Assembly: GCA_965644315.1 (NCBI GenBank)
Contig: CBFFRQ010000069.1
Span: 310,001 to 374,000, forward strand
Reading direction: 5' to 3'
DNA: 64,000 nucleotides
DNA from: Caecitellus pseudoparvulus
Lineage: Eukaryota > Protista > Bigyra: Bicosoecida
Each line of letters starts with the position of its first letter. The stretch's first letter is position 1. This document shows positions 22,225 to 32,988 of this stretch, piece after piece. The notes below the pieces were generated by a model. The model ran no database searches. It saw only the letters and a list, made by a program, of their open reading frames with translations, and was not told the DNA's origin. Made by a program: the position numbers and the translations under genes.

Positions 22225-22546
22225 GAGGACCAGCTGCAGGGTGTGCAGGGAAGCCTTTGCATGTGTGCGGTGTGAGGGAGGGTGTGTTTCGGGAGCGGCG
22301 AGTTTGTGAGCGCCGGCAGACTGCTGCGCGGTGTGCTGTGCGTCACGTCAGCAGTCGCGAGAAGTCTGAGCACAGGAAGGCTCCGTCGTGCGGGGTGCCA
22401 GCCCAGAGCCCCGCTCAGGTCAAGTGTCACGACTGCGCACGACGCTGGGCAGAGCGCCGCGCACCCGAGGCCTCCATCCATCAGGTCCGTTGCTGCAGCA
22501 GTTCTTTTCCGCCGTGCAAGTTTGCATTGCTGTGCCAAGGGGTGCG

Positions 22547-24476
22547 CTACGCCTGCGGCGGTAATTCATCCTCCATGAAGCTGAACTCGAACTTGAAGCC
22601 CTGCTTGACCTTGGACTTCCAGGACTTCTCATAGTCGAAGAAAGTAAAGGTGCCCTTCTCGTAGTGCTCACTCCTGACCATCCCCTCACTGTGCCGTTTC
22701 AACCAGGTGCGGTACGCCTTGTGGAATCGCCAGGACCGTTTCTTGAGTTGGGCAGCTGCCATGTACTGTGCCTGCGTGCCTTGCTGGTAGTAGAAAATGA
22801 AGAAGAGGGTGTCCAAGTCAAACTTTTCGAAGGCGCTGGCCTTGCCAAGCTGAGGCGCTGGGTTCAACGGAAAGGATGGGTGACCCCGTGCCGGAGAAGC
22901 TGGTGTGTACAGCGGCGGGCGCAGCAGGTCGTCCCCCTCCGGCACGGTGCTCAGACTGTGCGTCAGCAGCTTCAACTGCAGTGCCAAGGCGGACGCATCG
23001 TGCTGCATGCGTGGGTTGTCCAGGATCATGCCGCTCGCCGCGCCGCCGGTGCTTGCCGCACCAGACGCTGGTGTGTCTGCAGGGGCTTGCGTGGGGCGGG
23101 GTTCAGGGGCAGCTGAAGCTCTGCTGGGGCTGCCCGTGACGGAGGAGGGTGCACCTGCTGCCCACTTGTTCTTGGTGACCCCGGCTCGGCTGGAGCTGCC
23201 GCCGTCGCCACGGGCTGGGCGGCTTGAGCTGGAGCCGGTCGACCCCCCGCTGCCACCTGCAGCGGCGGCTGGCACACCCCCACTGCGGGACGCAGGTGCT
23301 GGAGTGGGCGCTGCACCTGCAGCAGCTGCGGCGGGGGTGTCCTCCTCCTCCTCCGTCGGCGTGTCAGGGGTGGGGGTGGTGTCGGTGCCGCCCACCTTCT
23401 CCAGCGCCTTCTCCATCTCCCGCTCTGCCGCATCCGTGTCACCCACGCCCATCTCCACAAAGTCTTCGTACATGTACAGGTCCGCCATGGCAGCCTCCTG
23501 CTCTCGCCACATGTCCATGTAGCACTCCAGGTCGTCGTGCAGCGTGCTGAGTTCGTCAGGCTCCAACACCTCGTTGGCCAGCAGGCGGATGAGTTTGTTC
23601 AGGTTCTCAATGTGGAAGCGGTGGTTACCGAGCTTTGCGGCCAATTCCCTGTGCGACCAGGCGGCGCGGCGTGTGTGCAGGGCGGCGCAGGGCTGTTGGC
23701 AGCGCACGACGTACACTGCCTCCGAGCTCTCCCGCCTCCGGGAGTCAACCAGGATTTCCATCTCCGCCTCCAGCTCCTCTGCTTCCTGCTCCAAAGTGCG
23801 GATGCGGTCCTGCAGCCACTCGCTCTCCTCGCGACGCTCGCGCTGCAGGGTGGCAGAAAGGCCCTGTGAGGCGGCGCCACAGTCAGCCTGCACCAGTGCC
23901 TGTACGTACCTCCTCCGGGGTTTCGGCTTCGCCTCTGGCCAGGCCTGCTTTGCTGAACGCCTTGGTCTTGCTCTCCCGCTCCAACTCCTTGAATGCCTCC
24001 ATGCGGCGCTCGATTCGCTGCGGAGGGCTCAGAGTCGGTGTCGGGAGGGCGGTGGGGCAGTGCACTTGCCGGCACCTCTCACAGCTCTTGCATCCAGCAG
24101 AGGCTCCTTGTCCCGGACCTCCCCCTTGGCGGCCCATGACTTGACTTTCTCCCGCTCCCTTTGCAGCTTCTTCAGCTCCTTTTTCAACGTCTCTTCTAAC
24201 CGGTCGCGCTGGGAGGCGTCAGCCTCCAGGGTCTGCAGCAGCACAGGTGGGCGGGTGTTTCATGTAGGAAACGCCGGGCTGACAGTGGCTCCCGCAAACC
24301 AGCTGGTGCCATGCTCACCTCTTCCCACAAAGCATCATACGCAGTCAGCCCCTCGTCAATCTTTTTCATCGTCTTGTCGATCTCGGCTGCGCAGCAAGGC
24401 CAGTGTAGGTGTGCGTGCGGGGCGCAGGCCTCCTGCGCCTGGTCCACACACCTGCCAACTTCCGGGCTGCAGACAT
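22547..24476 (-). CDS. CNOT3: CCR4-NOT subunit NOT3/5, spliced
   Basis: MSAARKLA|EIDKTMKKIDEG, LKKELKKLQRERE, IERRMEAFKELERESKTKAFSK; NOT-box DTLFFIFYYQQGTQAQYMAAAQLKKRSWRFH. Confidence 0.95.
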
Positions 24477-25038
24477 GGTGGAAGTTGTGAATGGCGGGGT
24501 GCTCCAGGCTCACAGCCGCCGAACAGAATACACTGGATGTGCGCAGCTGGCAGTCCTGGCTGGTGCACACAGGGGGGGCGCCGGCTGCAACTCTGCGCCA
24601 CGTGCGTGCTGGAGAGAAGTGTGTGTGCAGGCACCGCGTTGACGGAGCCTGGTGCTGGGCGAGTCACGTGTCGTGCGCTTAGTACACGTGCAGGCACTGC
24701 CATCGTTTCGGGTGTTCACAAATGTGGCGCGCCTAGACAACTGCATGGATTGCTGGCCGTGCACGCCTTCCACGGCGCTTCGTCAAAGCAGCTGATGTGC
24801 TCCAGGTCCAGTGATGCCCATGTGAGGTGCGAAGGTGCGCCCAAAACATCAAACGTGATCCAAGCTGCGCGTCTAGTCACCCCCCGCTCGCCTGCTTGTT
24901 GTGTGTGTTGTTGCTGCTAGTGTGCCTGCTGTTTGCCTGCCGCTCGGCCTGCGTGCCCGTGCGGAAATAGAAGCCACGTACTGCTGTGAGGCGGAGCGTG
25001 CTCGATAGTACCCTTTGCCCAGCCTGCCAGCTCCTGCC

Positions 25039-26942
25039 ATGGAAGCCAAGAGTGTCTGGGTGTCTGTCCAACCCCACTGGACGGAGCAGTTTCTTGCCTC
25101 CATCTTTAACCGCTTCCGTACGTGCGGCAGTGTGCAGACGTGTTCGGCAGGGCTTGCCAGCACAGCACCGTGGCTGCAGCGCACGCCCTCGGCACCGGCC
25201 TTGCACGCGCTGCTGCCTCTCTCCACAGCTGGTTTCTTGAAGGCCGCGGTGATTGGGAACAAAGGGTATGGTTTCATCGACTTTGACAGCCACCACAATG
25301 CCGGGGTGGCTCTGCAAGCCATGCAAGACCAGCCAGTGCCAGGTGGGTAGCTGGCGCACTGGCCACAGCAGGCAGCCCTTTCCCAGGCAGCCCACCACGG
25401 CACCTTCCACCCGCACCCCTCTTCGCCATCTCTGCAGGCGATCCGACTGGCCAGAGATTTCGACTGAAGTGGGGCAACGCTGGCGCAGGGACGGGCTCCA
25501 GCTCGGGTGGTGGGCACGGCGGAGGTGGCGCGCGGCAAGCTCCCGCGCCTGTGGGGGCCACGGCACCCTCAGGTGCTCGCGAGTTCAGCATTTTTGTGGG
25601 GGACCTGCCGTATGAGGCGACAGACGCAGAGGTCGTGGAGTTCTTCCGGGCGGCCTACCCCTCCTGTGTCGGCGCCCACGTTGTCACGGACAGCGCCACG
25701 GGCAAGAGCCGCGGCTATGGCTTCGTGCGATTCACCGACGCCGCCGAGCAGGCCCGCGCCCTGGCTGAGATGGGCGGCAAGCAGTTCGGCTCCCGCGTCC
25801 TGCGTGTGGGCCCCGCCACGCCCAAGCCCGACCAGCGCCGCCCAGTCCCCGCCTCCACCCCCTCCGTACCCCTGCCATCCGGTGCACCGCAAGGTGGGGC
25901 GGACATGGGCCAGGGCGGACTGCCCTCCGCCCATGCAAGCATGCAGGCTGGAGCGTGGGGCCCTGGGCCCGCCGCATCAGGCACGGCCCTGCCGCCGTAC
26001 TCCGGCGCGCCCACAGGGTACGGTGGCGGGGCAGGGTACACGGCCCCCGGCGGCCCAGGCCCTGCAGCTGGCGCCACACCCACGGCAGGCCCTGCCGCCG
26101 CCGACCCAGCCCGTGCAGCGCTGGTGGCTGCGGTGGCCAGTACGCCCTTTGCCCCGGCTCCTGCGGTGAGTGAGGGGAACACGACGGTGTTCGTGGGGGG
26201 CCTGGACAAGCACTGCTCAGAGGCGGAGCTGCGTTTCCACTTTCACCGCTGTGGCCCTGTTTCCTCTGTGAAGGTGCTCACAGATAAGGGCTGCGGCTTC
26301 GTGCAGTTCCAGTTCCGTGCCCATGCTGAGGCAGCCATCGCGTCCCTGAACGGCTCTGTGCTGGGCATCGGCCCCCTCCGCTTGCAGTGGGGCAAGAACG
26401 CTGCCCGGAACGCCATGGCGGCACAGGCGACGCTGCCAGGTGGCCAGTCCCCTTCCAGCCTGCCCCACTCAAGCATGATGGGGCACCAGCATGTGGGGTA
26501 CGGCAACACCGCATACGTGGGGGGCTTGCCCCTGGCCGGCATGGGCGGAGCAGGCGCAGTCCCGCCCTTTGGGGCAGTTGGCGGCATGCCCATGGCCGGC
26601 CTGGCCAGCCACGGCTCAGGGGGCCTGCCTGGCATGTTTGCGCCCTTGTCCATGGGGGTGCCGCTGGCAGCGCCAGGCGTGCCCGGCGGCGTACCCCCTG
26701 CAGCTTCACTGGGCCTGGGCATGCCTGGCCTGCCCGGTGCGGGGCCTGACGTGGCAGGCGTGAACACAGCCACCGCCTCTGCCCATGCCCTCCCCCTGGT
26801 GAGCACCGTGCACAACCCGTGGAGCTTCGGCAACCCCGAGTCCAAGGGTGTCGGCGGGCTGTGGGGAGGGCCTGGAACCCTGCCAGGCGAGCTTGGGTTG
26901 GCGGTCAGCGAGGGAGGTGGCGTGCCCACCAGCTCCTCATGA
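25039..26942 (+). CDS. Triple-RRM RNA-binding protein (Nam8/RBP45-47/SECp43-like), spliced
   Basis: RRM1 KGYGFIDF; RRM2 SIFVGDL...[10 protein letters not shown]; RRM3 NTTVFVGGL...KGCGFVQF...LRLQWGK. Confidence 0.88.
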
Positions 26943-27220
26943 CGCTTGCCCCGTCACGCGTGCCTGCAGTCTGTTGATGTTTGTAGCTGATCGAAGGTGA
27001 TGTAGTGGGTGGTGTGGGGGTGCATGTTTGGTGGTTGGTCGGACTTGTAGTTCCGGCGCCCCGCCGTTGGCACTGCCTGGGCTTTTGCGGGCTCGGGGGT
27101 GGCAGCGGCGAGGCCTGCCGATGCGGGGGCTGGGTGGCGCCTTGCCGTGCTGCCTGCCCTCCTGCAATGTACCAGTCGCGTGCAAGAGTGAGACATACAT
27201 GCATTGATGGCCGTGACCGC

Positions 27221-27864
27221 CTAGTCCGCCTTGCTGCTGCGCACAGCCTGCAGCACGAGGGATCAGAGCGCGGGGAGGGGGCGATGGTGTCAGCGAGAGA
27301 CACAGCTGCATCACTACCAGCTGACTCACCTCTCTGTATCGCTGCAGGTACAGCTTCAAGGGCTCCACGTAGTCGTCAAAGCCGAGGGTGGTCATGGCAA
27401 AGAGCAGGTCATCGCCGTTGATGGTCTTGCGTCGCTCAGCCCGGCACTTGTCACTTGCTGCGGCACAGCGGCAGGGTGCCCTTGCCGCACACACGCCACA
27501 GACTCAGCACGCCGTACGCACCTTCGCTGGTGATGAAGGAAATAAACTCCGAAACGCACTCCTGCAGTGTGTCTTTGGCATCTTTGGCGATCTTTGCTTG
27601 TCCTGGCTGCAGGGGGGTGCACAGAGGCGGCTGGGACGGTGCAACGCAGGCAATCGATTTCCGCAAGCTGCCTTCCGTACCAGAGCCCGCTTCACCACCC
27701 TGGAGATGTTGGCGACTGCAGAGCGGGGGGAGAGGGGGGTGCTACAGTACATGCAGTTCTTGCACAGCGGGCCCTGTGACCCGGGCGCTTGCCTGGCACG
27801 AACCTGGCAGGAACCTGTCAGCGTGCTGGTTGCTGTCCCCTGCTGGGGTGTCTGAGCTGGCCAT
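27221..27864 (-). CDS. NFYB: Nuclear transcription factor Y subunit B (histone fold), spliced
   Basis: DRFLP|[12 protein letters not shown]|[25 protein letters not shown]|[43 protein letters not shown]. Confidence 0.95.
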
Positions 27865-27982
27865 GACGGCAGTAGAACGAACGGGGCGCGGTGCAAGGAT
27901 GCTGCAACGTGCAGTGCGATTCATTGGTGAAGTGGTGGGAACTGTGAACTGTGCATTTGGCAGCGCCGGGAAGCAGGGCACT

Positions 27983-28576
27983 CTACTCCTCCTTGGGGGC
28001 CTTCTTCTTCAGCTCAGCGCGCAGGGACTTGAGGGTGGCGTGGGCTTCGAAGCTCTTCTGGTCGGCGGTGAGGGTCACCAGGGGGTGGGCAGGGGCAGTC
28101 TGCTTGATGGGGATGATGGCACCCTTCAGCTGAGGCACGGCAGAGGCCACGTCAACGGCGGTGTCGCCAGCCTTGACACCCTTGGTGGGGTGGCGGGGGA
28201 AGACCACCAGGCGGTCCATGTACTCCTTGAGGCGGGCCACGTTGGCGTCCAGGGACTCCTGGCTCTTGTTGAAGCGGCGCTTGTCCACGGCAATGCCCAC
28301 GGTGGGGGCGACCTTGGCGTTGATGCCAGCGGCCTTCAGCTCAGCGAGGGAGAAGCCACGGCCAGCCTTGACCTTGGTGTTGTACTTGGCGGTCTGGCCA
28401 GCAACGACGGGGCGCAGAGGGCCAGCAAGAGGGCGGGGGGCGATCTTGGCAGCCTTGGCAGCGCGGGCGGCACGGCGGGCCTTCTTCTTGCCGGCCTGGT
28501 TGAACCAGGTGCGGACACGGACGTCCCAGTCCTTCTTGAACTTGCTCTGTGCGATGATGTTGTTGTGCTTCACCAT
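27983..28576 (-). CDS. RPL13: 60S ribosomal protein eL13
   Basis: MVKHNNII...VRTWFNQ...KYNTKVKAGRGFSLAELKAAG...IAVDKRRFNKS. Confidence 0.97.
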   Translation of the reverse strand: MVKHNNIIAQSKFKKDWDVRVRTWFNQAGKKKARRAARAAKAAKIAPRPLAGPLRPVVAGQTAKYNTKVKAGRGFSLAELKAAGINAKVAPTVGIAVDKRRFNKSQESLDANVARLKEYMDRLVVFPRHPTKGVKAGDTAVDVASAVPQLKGAIIPIKQTAPAHPLVTLTADQKSFEAHATLKSLRAELKKKAPKEE

Positions 28577-29335
28577 GGCTGGCACTGTAGGGGTAGATCT
28601 AGCGGAACGACGCCGGACTCTGTGGGGCAAAGAGGTGGGCATCGACACCAGTGAGGTGGCAGCCGGGGGCAGAGCACTGCGCCACAAGCACAAACACGCA
28701 GCAACAAGGGCACGCAGACAGCACTGGAGCATGAGGCACCGAGGCAGTGAGTGCGCTCATGCCCGATAAGGGGCTGCCTTTCCCGTTGCTGTGCCGGGCA
28801 GCTAATTCCGCAACTGGCCGCCACCCAGACAGGTCCCAGAGGCTGGCTAACAGCTCCACGCGCCCGATCGGGGCCGACCACCACACACTGCAACTCGACA
28901 CGGGCAGTGGCTTCACCCTGCGGCACCTCTGCTGCCTCTTGGCTTGCCAGCCATGCCCAGCAGCGGAGCTGCTAGTGTAGGCAGCAGCCAGCTTCGGTAC
29001 TGCTCCAAGCAACGCAAACAGGAATGAGAGCTGACAGAGGAAAACACGTACCTAATCCCGGTGATGCTTGTTCAGTGTTCGGATGTGTGTAAAAAGTGCT
29101 GATCAGCGCTTGAGACTCGTTTCCTAGTCTGTTTCGGGCAGGGAAGATCATGTTGAGTTACGCGAATGATGCACACTTCCGTCATGGGCCGCGGCAAGCA
29201 CTCTGTCGCTACAATTGGCCCCTGCGCGCACCAGTGAACTGCTTGGATGAAGCCAGGGCAATGCATGGTGCTTGGGCCCTGATTTTTCGTGCATTGCATG
29301 GAGAGCACGCCGCGGGCATGTCTTGCGAGCTTGAC

Positions 29336-29934
29336 TCAGGCTGCGTTGGACGCCTCTGGAGCGCCGACCTGGAACGCCCAGAAGACGACTGAGGCGCCCA
29401 GAACCCGCAGTGCATCATAGCCGAGGTGAATGCCGGCGACAGACAGGCCCTGCCCATCAAAGAGGGGGTGAGGGATGTAGATGGCCGCGTGGTACAGCCC
29501 GAGAAAGGCACCCAGCACAGCGATGTCGAAGAAAGACGTGGCTCCCCAGAACACCAGCAGGCGCCAGAACACCAGTGTGGAAACGACGTTTCCAGCCATG
29601 GCAAGGCCGTACACTTGCCCCATGTTCGCGCTGCAAGGAGCAGAGGGGGGTGCGGAGGTGGGCATTTTTGCCACGCCACGCGGTGCGCCGCGACGCACGA
29701 CTTCGGCGGCTCTGTGCGGCCACCTTGCACCAGCCGCATGTACAGTGTACCTACGGCACTGCCATACCTGTGCTTGCAAGGGCGAGGTTGGTCATGCAGG
29801 TTCGGTTGGGAGTGGCACGCTCTGTGCGACCCTTGCCAGGAATTTGCCGGGGCCTGGACAACGCACCATGCAGCACCAAGGGCCATGTTCAGCACACTGG
29901 CAATGGCAATAGCAAGGATTGTGTTCACATCCAT
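29336..29934 (-). CDS. Small 4-TM membrane protein, DUF1761-like, spliced
   Basis: MDVNTILAIAIASVLNMALGAAW|YGSAVGTLYM...LFDGQGLSVAGIHLGY resembles the DUF1761 GxxWY...FG...I..GY pattern. Confidence 0.65.
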
Positions 29935-30318
29935 GTTTCGTTCCTGAGCAAGCGCGAGCGATGTGCGGTGCCGAGACAGGCATCGGTCGGCGTGGTGAGG
30001 ACCGCTCGCCCGGTCCTGGCCGCACGCCAAGAGGGCCGCTTGGCAGGCAGGGCCGGGGCAAGCCACACTCGCATCGCACCGCAGAGAAGTGGGACTACAT
30101 GATGCTGCCATCAAGGGCTGCATCTCATCCATTGAACATGAAAAAGGTACGCACAGTGGTGCTGGATTCTTTTAAGTTCCGCAGTGAAAACGCTGTGGCA
30201 CGTTGGTCAAGGCGCTCTGCCCCACACAACATTTAAACCCAGAAAGTGCTAACGGAGAGCCGAAGAATAGTTCATTGAGATTTCCCTCGCACGTGTCTTT
30301 GTCCACTGCTGAGGCTTC

Positions 30319-31712
30319 ATGGCAGCTCAGGGCAGCCAGGCTGGTGCCGTGGCTGGCACTGCCAGCACAGCAGACACGACAGACGCTCCGCAGATCGTGG
30401 AGCACGTGAGCATGGGCGCCAACTGCACGCCATACGACGTCAAGTGGATCCCTTCCTCAGCACGGTTTGTGGTGGCAGGTCTGAAGCCTCGTGGCACCGG
30501 CTGCCTGCAGGTGTACGAGTTGGACGTGGGCAAAGCTACGTTGTCAGCCGAAGTAGGTTTCTACCGTTGGCAGCTGGTGCGGGCTTTCCACCACGTCGGC
30601 GCGCGCCCCCACTCCCCAGACTGAGAAGAAGCACGGTTTCAAGTGCATGACTTTCGGAGCGGCGTCCCTGGAGGAGCGCCACCTTGCTACAGGCGACTAC
30701 GGCGGGCAGATGTCCATTTGGTGCGCTGCCGCCCCCAGGTCTGGCTCTCAGCTGGCGCCTGCACAGTCCCGCCTGATTGCGCCGTGCACAGGGACTTGGA
30801 ACGAACGAGCGCGCCAGTATTCAACGTTCAAGCGCACACTTCGTTGGTGAATGCCATTGACGGCGTTGCAGGGCTTGGCATCGGCGCAGGCGCACCTGAA
30901 ATCGTCACAGCTGGCCGAGACGGTGCGTTGGCAACCACACCTGGGCTGTGCTGCAGGCGCTTGCTGCGCACTGCGATGGCCCCACCCATGTGCAGGGTGT
31001 GTGCGCTTGTGGGACCCTCGCGTGCAAGAGCCACAGCTGAGTTTGGAGCCAGAGGAGGGCAAGGCGCGTGACTGCTGGGCTGTCGCGTTCGGCAACGCGT
31101 ACAGTGACGACGAGCGAGTGATTGCCGCTGGCTACGACAATGGCGACGTCAAGGTGTTCGACCTGCGCACAAGCAAGCTGCTGTGGGAAGACAACGTGGG
31201 CAATGGCGTGGTGGACTTGCAGTTCGACCGCAAGGACATTGACATGAACAAGCTGCTGGTGACAACGCTGGAAAGCAAGTTCCGCGTCTACGACATGCGG
31301 ACGCAGCACCCCACTGAGGGGTTCGCCCACTTGACGCAAAAGGCACACAAGTCCACTGTCTGGCTGGGCAGGCACCTGCCGCAGAACCGCGACGTGTTCG
31401 CCACGACCGGCGGCAATGGCGGCTTGAACCTGTACAAGTAGTGAGTGCCGTTGCCGCGTTGAGTCAAGGCGCGCCGCAGCACACGTGCCCCCCCTCTCCC
31501 TCAGCACGTACCCACTCTCACGCACCCGTAAGGACGAAGAGGGCCGACTGGCTGGCGTCATGGGCAGCGTGGAGCTGCTGAACAGCCGCATCCTTACTCC
31601 CCAACCTCTGGTGGGCTGGGACTGGTCCCCAGACAAGGAAGGCCTTGCTGCAGCGGTGGCACTGGACCAGACCGTGCGTGTGTACATCGTCACCAAGTTG
31701 AACAAGCTCTGA
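30319..31712 (+). CDS. WDR92: WD-repeat protein 92 (dynein axonemal assembly factor 10), spliced
   Basis: [79 protein letters not shown]. Confidence 0.95.
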
Positions 31713-31848
31713 AAGCGAAGGCTGGAGGGATGGCTATGCATTGGACAGAGAGAAGGCCGCCGTGGTGACCGCTGCGCTGATCCACAGCTGCGCCACAGAG
31801 GCCGCCCACCTCCACCACCCAATGCACTTCCCGACGACACAACAGCGC

Positions 31849-32450
31849 TCATCGGTAGGACTTCTGGTAGCGGGCACGGGCAGAGGGACCGCCGAACTTC
31901 TTGGGCTCGCAGCGACGAGGGTCAGCGACCAGCAGGGAGCGGTCGTAGGCAGTCAGGATGGCCTTGATCTCGTTCTTGGCAGACTCGTTCACGACTGCGG
32001 AAGGGGGGAGCAGGAGGCACTCGTCGTGCAAAGATCTGCCAAGCAGTGTGCAGAGGGGGAACCTCGCCGGCAACCCTCAACATGATGTTGTCACGCATGT
32101 GGCGTGTTCTCAAACTTTAGGTAATCATGGGGCAGGCACGGGCTGGGAAGCTGGCACTCACACTTCTGGTAGTACGCCACGATGGCCTTGGAGATGGCCT
32201 GGCGGATGGCGAAGATCTGAGCAGTGGAACCACCACCCTTGACGCGCACGCGGATGTCCAGGTTGGCGAACTTGTCAGCGCCCAGCAGCAGCACGGGCTC
32301 CAGGACCTTCACGCGCATCTGCTCGGGGGTCACGAGGTGCACGGGGTAGCCGTTCACCTTCAGGACGCCCTTGCCCTCCTTGCAGTGGGCCACGGCGGTG
32401 GCAGAGCGCTTGCGGCCGAAGCACTGCACAGAGGGAGCCTGAGCAGCCAT
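31849..32450 (-). CDS. RPS16: 40S ribosomal protein uS9/S16, one coding intron (31995-32161)
   Basis: [64 protein letters not shown]. Confidence 0.97.
32074..32132 (-). ncRNA. Candidate intronic box C/D snoRNA
   Basis: AT-richer island in the RPS16 intron: CCCC-ATGATTA (C-like) ... TTGA-GGG (D-like, terminal stem), containing TAAAGTTTGAGAA, antisense to the conserved LSU rRNA sequence UUCUCAAACUUUA. The boxes are non-canonical. Confidence 0.4.
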
Positions 32451-32988
32451 GTTGAGGAGCCTGAGCAGGGAGTGCGGGGAAGGGGTGAAGCTCGGCGTGA
32501 GTCGTGGAGAGTAGGCAGAAACACAGCTCCCACGAGCAGTCCCCCCATCAGCTGCCGCCCCGCGCCGCAAGCAGTCAGCGTGCAGCCCACTCGTTTGCGG
32601 AGGTTGGGGAAGGGTCTATTTCCGCATGCAGCCATGAGCACCAGGTATGCTCGGGACCCCCAGGCCGCAGGACCGTCCCCCCCGGCACGCCTTTGCACAC
32701 CAAACACAATTGACACAGCCCTGGCAGCTGCTTTCCGGGGACAGGCCGGCCAGGGCCGTGCTGAAGTGCCACGCCCTGAGAGGCGACGAAAACACCACCA
32801 CCAACACTTACTGTGTGAGTTGCGATTCCACGAAGGCAGCAAGCAGCTGCAGTGCAGAAATTCACGAAAGATTAATACGTGGGGAAGACACAGCCATGGG
32901 AAAGTGCAGCTCTCGTGACGTGTGGGCAGGCAGAAGCACCGTGGGCGTCATAAATGCATTGCGCGAATGATGCACAATTCCGCCAAAA

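Noticed and set aside
29060-29170. TGATG and CTGA motifs suggesting a C/D snoRNA
   Set aside because: Imperfect C box and no recognisable rRNA guide; more likely the RPL13 promoter region.
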